Assembly (NCBI GenBank): GCA_010356995.1
Contig: ML996698.1
Location: 307,923-371,922 of the forward strand
Source: Trichodelitschia bisporula
Taxonomy: Eukaryota
Length of the DNA: 64,000 bases
Direction: 5' to 3'
In this document: positions 41,401 through 53,284 of the stretch, piece after piece
Layout: each line of letters begins with the position of its first letter
How positions within the stretch are numbered: the first letter of the stretch is position 1
The notes under the pieces: model-generated
What the model saw: only the letters and a program-made list of their open reading frames with translations
The model's database searches: none
Told to the model about the DNA's origin: nothing
Made by a program: the position numbers and the translations under genes

Positions 41401-43729
41401 CACGAAGCGCATCCGCGCGTAGCGCTGGAATGGCCCTTGCGCCCTCAAGCCGCAGGTGCTCGGGCCTGAGATAGATTGGCGCAAGGGGGCGCTGGGCAGA
41501 GACCAATCACGCGCTGTCGGCCCGTGTTGGGCGAGCGAGTGCCGCACTAACGAAGTAGCAGCCTCAGCGGCACTCCATGGGCGAAGTCGGCGCACGTAAC
41601 AAGTCTGCTTCGTGGTTGTAGATTGGGCTTTTTTTGCCCGCCATTATCGGTCCAGAGATGAGGAAGTGAGGGGCTTCCCGTTCCCGTTGCGGCCCGCGTG
41701 GTGCGCGGACCTGTCCGTCGGTTTTTGTTAGGGGAGTCCCGCAACTGCTGAGGGACAGATCCCGAAGAGGTTAGCTGTCCAACGTACAAGGAAAGGCCAT
41801 CCAATCAGACCTCGATGTCAGCCATCGCTAAGCCCATTCAAGTCAAGGTCTCTTGAAACGGCAAAGGACCCCTAGGCGCACCGGTTACAAGGCGCGGCGG
41901 CTACAGCGGAGGTGGCAGCGCCGACGCGCTCATGAAGCAATCAAAGCACCGCCCGGCGGCCACGGCGCCTGGCCCCTCATTCGGTCGCAAGCCATACGTC
42001 GCAAGGCCCCGTCTCCCATACTCAAGCTAGCAAGGCCGCTTGTCCGGGACGGCGCGAGGGTCCCGGCCAGCTAATAACTGACCACTTGGCCGTTCCGCAT
42101 CCTTCATGGAGACGCACAGCGCACGGCGGGCAGCCGACGTTCATTTGCCGCCAATATCACAGATGGCTCCCGCGCGCACGACGGGTGCGACCACAGCCGA
42201 ATAGGCCCGCTGTGTCGGGTGGCGTGAGGCGCGGCTTTGTCGGCCAAACGGTGATGCGCGGAGGTGCAATCTGCTAGGGTGGGGAGATGGAGGTTACATA
42301 TGTATTACCGCCTTAAGCGGTGATGGGTGTTGAACGGAAGCGCGGAGAATTACTGGCAAGCGATCCTGCTGCTCGATCGGTACAGCCGGGTCTAGCCTCG
42401 TCCATCGTGGCATGATTACGCGCGCTTGCGAGGAGCGCACGGCAGAGCGCATGCAGCACAGCATGGCCGACGAGCGTGAGGCGTGTACGACGACAGCAGG
42501 GAGTCTATTCCAGCGCCCTGTAGAGAGGGATAGTGTAGTCCGGGATGGGTTAGAATTGAGGGGGGTAAGTGCGGGCATCATGTTGCCAACGTCGGACCTA
42601 AGCCCGCCGCGCCGTTTTCCCCGACCCCGCGGCCGCCCATGATGCGCAGCATCAGCGAAGACTTTCAACCCATGGCCCTCGATTTTACCGCAGCCGCCAG
42701 GGGCGCGACATGCCTTGCCCGCGTTTTGGCGCGTGCTGGGGCTGTGAGGTCTTGTGACCGCTGTGCTGGGGTTTCGTTGCGACGGTTGGTCCGCAATGCT
42801 TGTTGCTTGGCTGATTGCGAGGAGGAGCGCGGGGGGGGTTGAATGGTGATACTTTGCGCAGCCCCAGGGCGCTGGGTCATGGCGGGGTTGGTCGGGCGGG
42901 AGAGAGAAGCTCCGAAATTCGGCCATGGCGGCAAGCTGAGAGCGTCAGTAACGACGGGCCGGTGATGCGAATGTCGGTAAGAGTCGGTAAGAACAATTAG
43001 CAAGCGGCGCTTCTGTGGAAGGGGTGGGAAATACTGTCTCTCCGCGCGCTTTGTCCCTACCAATAACTTGCCCCTAGACTTACCCGCCTCCAGCCGCCGC
43101 GCGAGCCGCGCCACCCATCCATTGGTTTATGGGAAATGATGACGCGCGAAGAGAAGCGCGGGCGGCCCGCACCGCGCGAGGTACCCGCGACGGCGCTTAA
43201 AGGTTGCAATGGACCACCAGAGCGGCGGAGGCCCAAAGCACCTTATCTTATCAGAAGGCCCGTCCTTGTGCATGGCGAAGAGAGCGATCGATGTACTTTA
43301 CAGGCTAGAAGCTCACCCGCTGCGACACTAGAAAATTGATCCGATGAAAGCAGAGACCGTTTCTGCAGCCGGACGTTCCACAGCATCCTGTTGGCGTGCC
43401 TTTGCCTTTGTGGCTTTGAGGTTGGTTGAGCGGTCTGGTTCAGTGGGGGGGGGGCCAGGAACAAACGGGACTGGCGGGAGGTCTTGGCCCTTTCGGCCTC
43501 GTTAGCAACTGCAGGAGGCACGAGAGTGCCGCCGCCTTGCGTACATGGACGAACGAGAAGCGAATCCCTATATCGAATGGCAGTGGATTCCGTTGATCGG
43601 GCCTAGACGCGTCCGGTTTGTCACTATATACTAATGGAAACAAGGCTTTGGCACGTGCAATGGCAGTGTAAAGTGAAGATGAAGATGAAGATGAAGAAAG
43701 AAAGAGAGTTGAGGGGAATAAATACAAAA

Positions 43730-46700
43730 TGTAGCGATATCCTCCTCAGCTCCTTCTCTTCGTCAGTGAGCACGTCACCTTGCTCTTTCCCATCATTGGG
43801 AGCGTATTACCCTTATTCCTTCTCAAGACTGATCTGCTCCATCCAATGTTCAGTATGCTGCTGCACTTTGCGGAGGCGGGTTAGCTAAAACCCTAACCCT
43901 CAGTCGGCCCTCCGAACCTGGTTGGACCCTGGGTCCTCCGCACTTTCCTCTCCGACATCCCGCTTGCCACGCAGCCTGCTCATCTGCTTCCAAACCGAGA
44001 AGGGCTGATGGCGTAGTGTCTGAATGTACCTGCCTCGACATATGTGGCCGCTGGCTACTTAAGTCCACACATTCCCTCCAAAATCCAGGTCTTCTTCCCT
44101 CAACATGCCCCAGATTCTCACCACTCAACCATCCTATCATTTCATCATTCACTTTCATATATCAGCATCCCGAGAAGACGTTGGGAGGGTACCGGGTCGG
44201 AGTACGAACATCCATATATACCGAGCACTAGCTCATTAATGTGCGCGGCTCGCCGTGTACTGTCACTACGGACCCGGTGTGCGCTGACTATGTCTTTCAC
44301 CTAACCCTCGATTCTGACCTATTTAACACTCTTCATCATGGGCAACTGCAGTGACAGCGATCTCGCCTCGTGTTTCCCGCCCTCGCCTTCGCATAGAGAA
44401 GATACGCCGTTCCTGCTGCCAAAAGTTTAGATCATGGGTACACAATCCTTCCTATGCGTGCGTGCTGTGCTAACTTCGCAGTGAACACTATACAGATTCA
44501 ACGTGATGCACTCGTCCAAGGCCTCATGGAGCCAGTTGAGGAGCACTGGCTCGTTCATGTACGTGGCACACCATGTACTGGGAAAACGATACTGGCTATG
44601 GCGCTTAATGAGGCCTACGACCGCCAAGGCATTCCTGCCATTTATATAGGTGGATGGGTGTCGAACATTGCAGAGGCCGACCTAATCGGGTTTCTCGTGA
44701 AGGGGGCCAATGACTAGAGCTACACACAGATTACAAACGACAATGTCATGGACTCCGAAGTAGTCTACATCCTGGATGAGGCCCAAATGACATACTCTAA
44801 CCAGGAGTTCTGGCTGTCTTCACCAAAACCCAGAACTGAAGGATGCAAGGACCCAGGGTTTTCCTGTTCTCTTCCTTCGGTAACTCAAGTTCAGGTTCCG
44901 AGCCCATCGACGGCGCTACCCTCAGTTACATCTCCTCCACCCAGCGAGTCTCGCTGCAGCCGTCCAGCCATCCCGGTGGGCCCAGCATTGGACTTTTCTT
45001 CACTCGCGAAGAATTTGACGAGTTGTGGGTCTTATGCCGGTCTCGGTTCAGGTGTGAATTCACCATGGACTGGGAGTGCGCCAATTATGTCTATGACCTC
45101 ACCCTCGGACATCCGGGGACGACAGTGGGCATCCTCTGCATCGTAGTGAAGGTTAGTTCCATTCACCCCATAGGTGTCACTACTAACCGCTTTAGGTCAT
45201 GCGCCGCCAAATAATCGAGGGTTAAATCACGCCCGTCACCTTAGAACATGTATCCGACCTCCTGGGAGATGAAGAAGCGTTCTTCAGACATCTGGCGACG
45301 TGGGCCGACGTAATGAGAAGTTTTCCGGCGAGGCGAATTTTTCCTGAGATCAAGAGTGTCATGTCCTCAGCCCTGGTTGATGGACACGGCAACTTCGACA
45401 GGAGCATACCAGAGCAGGTGCTGTGTTACAGGAAGGGGTACCTGCACGCAGAAGCCACCGACCTGTTTGGCGAAGAACAGATCCTCGTCTTCCCGTCACC
45501 CTTGCACCGAAAGTATGTAGAAAATGGCCCGGAATGAATCCTGCTAACTTGCTAGGCACGCCGAATGATATATTGTGAATGCTAGCCCGCCTCCGTTTCC
45601 AAGTGACAAGTTCCCATTGATCAGGGAGCTGGCTATAGCGGCCATTATTCGTCTGCCGCGTTGAACATTCAAGTCACAGGTGCACATGAGCACCGGTGGC
45701 TGCGTGCTGCCGGTTGAGGCAGTGTACCAACATGCGTTCTTTCGAGCTCTGTACAGCGCCTTGGGATTTTCAGCCCATATTTCTTCAGAATGCTCCGCTG
45801 GTGCCCGCGGGTGGATTGACTTCATGCTCACAGAGCCAAAGTGGGGCTTCGAACTAGTCCGAGGCTCCTCAGCCCTTGCAGAGCATGAGAGCTGCTTTAA
45901 ACCTGGCGGCCGGTACAACACCTGGGGTCGGAAGGGATGGCTGGTTGACTGGCTGATTCTGGGCTTCACGACTGTTCAGTTTGTCCCACATGGTGAGTGT
46001 GGTCCTTGTGAATGTTCGAGGCTGTCATAGAAGACAACGAAAAGCGGTGAACATTGCTCATGGACGCCAACCTCGAGTCTGTTGAGGTTCTGGATCACAA
46101 GGGAAGGGTCGTCCTGCCTCGGTTTGTGGTGCCGGCGTAAGCTGGGTGGGGTCAGATCCAGGGACGGCTTCCAGTGTGGTCAATAGATGTAAGGAAGAGG
46201 CAGCACGATTAGGACGCCCTGGAGCCAGTTCAATCCGAAGAACGGCACGGGTGGTGTCACCTGCAGGCGAGAACGGGGTGAGGCAAGACGGATTGAGCCG
46301 GCTGTGTAGAGTATGAGCCATTGCAAATGATGGCAGATGCAGCACTTAGGACTGCTTGGAACGACGAGGTACAACCGATGCGCACTGAGGCGCGGTGGGC
46401 GATGCGGGGTTAGGCATCGGGAGGATAAGATTTGTGAAATTGGTAGGGTATTGTTGTTGGCCGTTGAACCCGCCGGCCGCAGCAACGGCCATCGCTGAGC
46501 GGCAAGGTCCATGGGGAACGCCAGCACCACAGCGATTCGCAGGCACGAAGTGAAGGGCGGATAGGCGCGTGCAAAGGGTCACCATGGTACTTGCCGGCGC
46601 ATTTCAGAGTAAGTCCGTGGGGCTACGGTTTGGGCTTGATCGTCTTCATCGGGGGATCACGATCAACGGAACTCGCTCCTCTCTCCCCCGAAGTGGGAGG

Positions 46701-47246
46701 TCCGTTAGGATGGCAATTCCCCGTGCGGCATGGCCCGTCCCCGCCTCTCGCTCGGTCGGTGCATCTGAGCATGCAGTTCTAGTAGTACTGTGTAACATTC
46801 GCCGGCAAGGCGCGCCCCACACCGCGTGCTGCGCCTGCCGCCCCGTTCCCTTACTTCCAGCATGCGCTTCATACGTCAAAACATCGTGCATTCCACATCC
46901 ACCACGTACGCCCTATCTGCCCACGTCACAGCAGTCCCGCATAAACACCACCGCCCTAGCCCGCCCGCAAAGACGCGGTAACCCCACCGACCACGGGATC
47001 CCTGAGGGGAGCAAGCTCGGGAAGGTATCTGGCACACAAGGTTAGCGCTCGACGCAACGAGCTGAGCACGTTTCGAAGCCGACATGGATTGCGCCCTCCG
47101 GCGAACGTTCCTCGCCTAGCGGCCGGCGGTTGATGATGTTGCTTCATTTCTCGCGGGACGTGGGTGGGGGGACATTGCGCGGGAAGGAGACTCCCGTGCC
47201 GCAATGGCGGGGAAATGAATGGCGAGGGTGATTCCGAGTTGCGGAG
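43730..47246 (+). ncRNA. Candidate telomerase RNA (TER) locus; ends approximate
   Basis: Template-like AACCCTAACCCT (43889-43900) followed by CAGTCGG; CR4/5-like three-way junction 46590-46809; long hairpin 47078-47256; ATAAGT at 47247-52; TATA-like TAAATA near 43718. No canonical U/A-rich triple-helix pseudoknot was identified. Confidence 0.45.
44338..46140 (+). pseudogene. Crinkler-effector-type P-loop NTPase + PD-(D/E)XK (REase-fold) nuclease pseudogene
   Basis: Walker A HVRGTPCTGKT, Walker B YILDEAQ, then GHPG, FPSPLH and a C-terminal GWIDFMLTEPKWGFELVR...EH...F.PGGRY nuclease-like motif. Stops at 44715-17, 45223-25, 45566-68 and 45662-64, a frameshift near 44820-44845, and intact-looking introns. 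Confidence 0.8.
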
Positions 47247-47261
47247 ATAAGTCGGCAGAGC

Positions 47262-48077
47262 TTATCTTAGTTGGGACTTAGACGGCGGCGCATACTTTAT
47301 AGCTTAGTGGCGCACTTCGTAGACCTACTAGATAGGAATTCCCTACTTTTAGGTGGGTCCCCGAGGGCTGTAACACCTTCTGAGCAGATTCCTGTCTGTC
47401 CCGGTATGACACCCGGTTCTGCAGCTCCCTGGGTGTCATGGGAGGATACCATCTCTCCCATGTCAAATCGCCACATGCCCAGTGTGGGTCACGTGATTTG
47501 GTAAGCTTGATGCCAGATCCCTGCAATTCCAGCCCGGCTGGACTTGCAGGGGTGAGACTTGGCGCTGGCCTGTGCGCTCGCACCCCCAGCTCCCCCACAC
47601 TCCACATTCACACGTGAAACCCTTACATAGTTCTTCAAGCTTTCAATGAATGTTATTCCACAACCAATGCTGTGCAACCAGCGATTTGTGCGCCCCTGAC
47701 AAAAAGGTAGTAACTTTAATAGCTAATCGCGCTTTAATGAGCGAATATTTTTAAATAGGATAGGGGTAAATAGAAAGAGCTAGGCTAGGGCTTTTAGATT
47801 ATATAATTTATATAGCTGTCGTGGTTGTGAAGCGTGTATAATTTAAAGATAAAGAAGAGGAAAAAAATCTCTCACTAAGCTTTAGTCGCTCCTCACCAAA
47901 AACTCGCACTACTATCTCTCAGACGGTAGACAAGAATCTGCTCAGAAGGTGTTACAGCCCTTGGGAACCCGCCTAAACGTAAGGAGTTCTTAGCTGGTAG
48001 GTCTTAGCTGGTAGGTCTATAAAGTGCGCTACCAAGCCATAAAGTATGCGCCGCCGTCTGAGTCCTAACTGAGATAG
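47262..48077. mobile_element. Non-autonomous DNA transposon (MITE-like) with ~140-bp terminal inverted repeats and an 8-bp TSD
   Basis: Left TIR 47262-47397 is the reverse complement of 47928-48077, differing mostly by transitions. The direct repeat GGCAGAGC flanks both ends (47254-61 and 48078-85). AT-rich interior at 47700-47880. Confidence 0.85.
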
Positions 48078-49910
48078 GGCAGAGCTGGGTTGTTTTCTTT
48101 GTTCGCTGAGCCGCGAGAGCCCTCGGGGCGGGAGCCGCGGGCGGGGCGCGCGACGGCAGCGGCCGCAGTAGGCTAATGATCCTGCGACTGGGGTTCGGGG
48201 GGTTGGGAGAGCGTTACGTGAGGGGCGGAGGTAGCCCCGAGCTGAGGGGAATATCAATGTGGACTGACTTGTTGGTTGGGTTGCTTTGTCTCAAATGGAA
48301 TGCCACGGTGGTGCAGCTAAAAGAATGGGCTGCTGCGATGTGCTGCTGATTTACATGTGGTGTACATGTAGTGGTACGGAGCATCGTGTCTCTCTTTCTT
48401 CCTCTTGCTTGTGGGATATGGCAATGTCTCTCACCAGGCGACATCGGAGAGGGCGGGACATCCCCAGCTCGGCGAATAGTGAATGTCGAGGCGGATGCGA
48501 AGCAAAGGTACAGCGCGGATTGCGCATGCAGGCCTGGGTTATCCATACATTCGAAGGCATGGTAATTTGAGTTCGTCGTTGCAGAAGCTGAGGTTTGGCA
48601 ATTGCGTTTCGGGATTGCTCGGGTTTGTAGGGTAGAGTGCGGCCCGCTTATGCATACCGTAGCGGAACTGCAAGGATGGAGAGGATCGGAAGAGACTGGC
48701 GGGGGGGGGTTGTTTATCTATAAAGAGTTGGGCCTCCGTTGTTATTGCGCTATCGGGCAACTCGTTGTGATGCTTTCAATCTCGATTGCTTGATGATCTC
48801 GGGTCCAGTTCCGACCTCCATGGTTGGATTTCAATAGCCTCCAGTTTAACTGATAGATAAGGAGGGGCCACGGGAGCTTCGAGCTCTGTCTTCGTCGATC
48901 GTGAGGCATAATACGTCCGTCCAAATGAGATATAACTGACATCCCATCAGATACTGTACCGTAGTCCAAGCCACACTGCGTTCATGAGGACGGCGTTAGA
49001 ACGTTAAGAGATATCAAAATCTGCGCCATACCGGATGTCGACGCCACATCTACGATCAACCTCGTGATGATATCGACAAAATGGCTCGAGTAGAAGACAG
49101 TCACGGAAGAAACGAAGGCTACAGCTCCATTGGCTCACCATCTCCCCACGATCTGATGATCCGATCTTCTTGTTCTCGAATTGCCCCTGTGAATGTTGAC
49201 AAGTGCCGCACTTCCCCCAAAAACCGCTCAGTGCGCTGTCTCGAAGGATGCACCATTCATCATTCACCACCACCACCACCAATGCTCCCATGCCCCTAGC
49301 GAATTGGCTACACGCGGCCCACGCGGCCCACGCGCGGGGTACCTTAGGCTGCGTTTAGCCGTGAGCCATTGGACACGCGAAGTGGGCTCAGCTGGCTTTA
49401 AGAGACTGCTTGCAAATCTAGTTCTAGAAGCTAAGAAGGTGGGGAAAGAAAAAAAAATGCTTTCAAGAAAGTCACCATTACGCACGACGTGAAGCAGCGG
49501 AAGCTTCATCTACACCATCGTTGATCCTTTCGCGAATACTCGGAACCACTTCTCCCCAAAACCCCAACCTCAAACTTGCTCGTCCATCGGAATCCGGGGT
49601 ACGCGGGTGTTGCCGCGTGGGCTCTCTTCGGTGATCATAGGCTGTGACGCGCCCACCAGTCCCGCCGACCCGAGGATTCCCTACCCCCCAGCCCCACGTC
49701 CAAAGCCCAGTGGCCCCCCCTAAAGGGCCTAGTTCTTGTCCCGCCAGTTGCTCCTCCCCCCCGAGGATGCAAACCATCATCGTCAGGCGACCACAGTCAT
49801 AGTCTCTCCACAACTCCAACTCCTTCATTGTCATATTCTTCGCCACATGCCTCCCTCGTTCTGACTCCCTCGCTATCCGCCTCGCCGCCATATGAGGCTT
49901 CTCAACTACC

Positions 49911-51182
49911 ATGTTGACTTCCACCCGCCATGAGCTCTCCGCGGTCGCCGTGCGGGGCTCTGCCGTGCTGCGACCCCGCCTCCGTCACTCCACGTTACGT
50001 TGGTCCAGCACCAGCACCGGCGCGTCCACGCGTCCACGTACCGCAATTTTCTTCCCAGGTACGTATCACGGCTGGCTCTTTGTCGTAAATTGCTAATTGG
50101 TGTCTCCAGGCCAGGGCGTGCAGCGTGTGGGTATGACCACGCCATGGCTAACTGCCTTCCCACGCACCGTCCAGCCCATCCTCGACGAGATCGACGAGAC
50201 TCTGGGCATACGGCTATCACGTATCATTGAGAGTGGGACGAATGCCGAGCTCAATGCGACTGAGAACTCGCAGCCGGCTATCATGGCGACATCTGTGCTC
50301 ATTTTGCGTGTGCTGGAGCAAGAGTTTGGCTTCAAGACTGCCGAGCGCGTTGATTTCACTCTCGGCCACTCCCTTGGCGAATTTGCCGCCCTGGTTGCTG
50401 GTGGATATCTCCAGTTCTCGGACGCACTGCTCATGGTCCGCAAGCGCGGCGAGATCATGGCCCAATGCACCAAAGAAGCATGGGAGAAGTACGGCGGCGA
50501 AATGGGCATGGTAGCACTGGTGTGCGAGAACGAGAACCGCATGCAGGACCTTCTTGTGGCCATCGACCAATTCATCGGCCTCTCGTCCTGTGGCTCCAAA
50601 TACGATTCCAGCGTTGATGTACCGCCGGTGCAACAGGTTGTCGTCGCCAACATCAACTCCAAGAACCAGATCGTTCTTAGTGGCAGTATTGAGCGCATCA
50701 ACACGCTTCTCACCCACGTACGCCAGTTTGGCGGCCACGATCCCCGCCACGTGCGTTTGCACGCCGACTCGCCGTTCCACAGTCCGCTGATGAAGCCGGC
50801 AGTGGAGTTCATGCGTAAGACGCTGGATTTCCCCTCACCACGCACGAGGAAGGACAAAGTCACGTTCCCGGGGCTTATGCCGTGCGTTTCGAACACGTCA
50901 GGCACACCTTTCACGTCGCGGGAGAACTTGAAGGACCAGCTTGCGCGGCAGGCGGCGGAGACGGTACATTGGTGGGAGTCTGTGCGGTATCTGGATAAGG
51001 AAGAGAAGGTGCGGCGGTGGATCGGCATCGGGCCGGGCAAAGTCGGGCGCAATCTCGTCGGCAAGGAAGTGGGCATGAAGGGTGCGACCCGGGGCGGGGG
51101 CGTATGGGGACTGACTTCTCCACACGAGATAGCCGACTTGATCAGGGAGCTGGACGAGACAGAGTACGCACTTTCGGGCTGA
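49911..51182 (+). CDS. MCT1: Mitochondrial malonyl-CoA:ACP transacylase, 2 exons
   Basis: Arg/Ser-rich presequence, AIFFPG|QG across intron 50059-50109, TENSQPAI, catalytic GHSLGE, ANINS..QIVLSG, SPFHSPLM, IGPGKV. Confidence 0.95.
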
Positions 51183-51465
51183 CACCGCCATTTTTGTACA
51201 GTACATGCGCTAAGCAATGCTCTAGGAACCCCTCGACCTTCCACCCTTCCTCGCCCCCGTCATCATCCTCCCCGTCGCCGTCGTCCACGAACTCCCACTC
51301 CTCCGCTCTCCCGCACGTCTCCCGCCTCGCCGGCCAGGCCGCATCGCGCGTCGCGGCCTACATCTCCAACCCAGCGATCGTGCAGCGCCTCTGGCCGCCA
51401 CCGCAGCGCCTGCCCGGGATCCTGCCCGGCGGCGAGGCCGGCGCGCGCCTTGCGTACGGGCTGTC

Positions 51466-52684
51466 TCACAGCGAGGCGATGTTCAAGCCGGAGTCTGGGA
51501 TGATCAGCTCGAGCTAGATGCAAAAGTAATATACGTACCGACGGTCACGCGCTGCCCCGTCATAGACGTGTTCTTGGCCAGCATTATGAAGGCGTCGGCG
51601 CAGTCTTCGAGGTCGGTGGGGCGCTTTAGCACGGCGCGCTCGTTGAGGGCGGCGATGGCGGCGGGGGGATAACCGAGGCCCTGGGGTCATCAGAGGTTGT
51701 TTATTTAAAAGGGGGAGGGATTAGAGCACCCATTCTGTTAGGAGCAGGCCTGGGAGCACGGCGTTGACGCGCACTTTTGGACCCTGCGTGCTTGCGAGGC
51801 ACTTCATTAGGTGGAGTTGTGCGGCTTTGGTCACGGAGTAGGCCATGCTGCTCCCGGCTGTGGAGGCGCCCTGGGGTCGTTGTTAGCGGGGCGAGGGGAT
51901 GGGGAAGGGACGTACGGCGATGGAGGATGTAATTATGAAGACGCCGCCTTCGGGGTTGGCGTTGAAGGTGGGCATGGCTTCGCGTAGGAGGGCCATTTGG
52001 CCTTTGACGTTGACGGCCCAGCACTGGGACGCGGGGTGTTAATTTTTATGCTGGCGAAAGGGCATAGGGGGCATGCAGACCTTGTCCCATTCTTCCTCGG
52101 TCAGGGCATCAAGGTCGCCGAAGTTCGAGAACTTGGTCCAGCCCTGCAGCTTATCAGTGCATTTGTATCATTGCGGTTCTGGCGTTTGGGCATTTTGGAC
52201 GGTGGGGTGGGTTTCGTGGTTTTTGTGCTCTTGTATGTGCATAGTTTGAAAGGGGGTTGCGTACCGCGTTCCCGATGATAACGTCGATGCCCCCGAATGC
52301 CTTGATCGTCTCGTGCACGACGTGCTTGCAGTCTACGAGGACACCACAATCCTATAGCCCAAGTCAGCGTACATATCCTCTCTTCCAACTATCACCCGAG
52401 GGGGAGGAATGAGCGTACGCCTTGCAACACCACGGTTTTGACTCCGTATTCCTTCGCCAGCGTGGCGGCTAGTTCTTGGGCTGGTTCGGGACGGTTTACG
52501 AAGTTGATGGCGACGTTGGAGCCTTCGGCGGCGAACTTGCGGGCGATTACGGCGCCGAGGCCGCTGGGTAAGTTAGAGAGGGGCGAGGAAGGAAAGAGAA
52601 GGGGGGGGGGGGTCGAGAGGGGGGGATCGCGCACCGTCCGCCGCCCGTGATGAGGACGTTTCTGTCTTTGAGGCTGTAGACCAT
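51466..52684 (-). CDS. Classical short-chain dehydrogenase/reductase, 8 exons
   Basis: Spliced VLITGGGRGLG, GNAG, catalytic YSVTK, VRVNAVLPG, MTGQRVTVDSG. Seven short GT-AG introns. Confidence 0.9.
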
Positions 52685-53284
52685 GATCACAGTTCAGATA
52701 CACACGAGGCTGTCGAAGATGAAGGGGCGAGGAGTGCGGGGTATCTAGAAGTCCAAATGCGGGGTGAAGTCGTGGTAAGGCGGGACAAGCAAGGGAGTCA
52801 ATTGGGATTATATATCGCGTCTCCTACACCGGAGCGGCTCAATCGCTTACGGGTACTAGAACTAGCTACCTTATGGGAGCCAACAAGCGCAATGCCGTGC
52901 TCGTTCTCGCGAACCCCGCGGGCGCGCCTGGCTTGACCCCGCTTACGCCGAGGCTCATCCCGGGGCCTGGGGGGATGCGGGGCAAGGATCACATCGGGGG
53001 CCTACGTAGTACGCTAGCACATGATATGTGATCGATGAAATGATATGCGATGGATGAGCTTGCGTTGACAGTGATTTTATGCCTTGAGATGCTCGGTTTG
53101 GATTGGCGCCAGGTTGGAACAATCGGGACGGGCGTGCCCCGCGTTTCGTTTCATTATGTACGGCCACTGCCTTCAACATCGGGCCGCTGGAGCTGCTCCC
53201 TGATGCAGCTCTCACGCAGAGCTGACGGCCCGTTCGGATGGCATATATAGCGGAATTGGTGAGTGCTCAAGGACATCCGCCAAC

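Noticed and set aside
40262..43500. Several 140-300 aa overlapping ORFs
   Set aside because: Arg/Pro/Ala-rich, overlapping on both strands and without domains; consistent with GC-rich regulatory DNA.
50093..51244. 383-aa minus-strand ORF (likewise 58583-59662 on the plus strand)
   Set aside because: Antisense shadows of MCT1 and the SDR, caused by strong GC3 codon bias.
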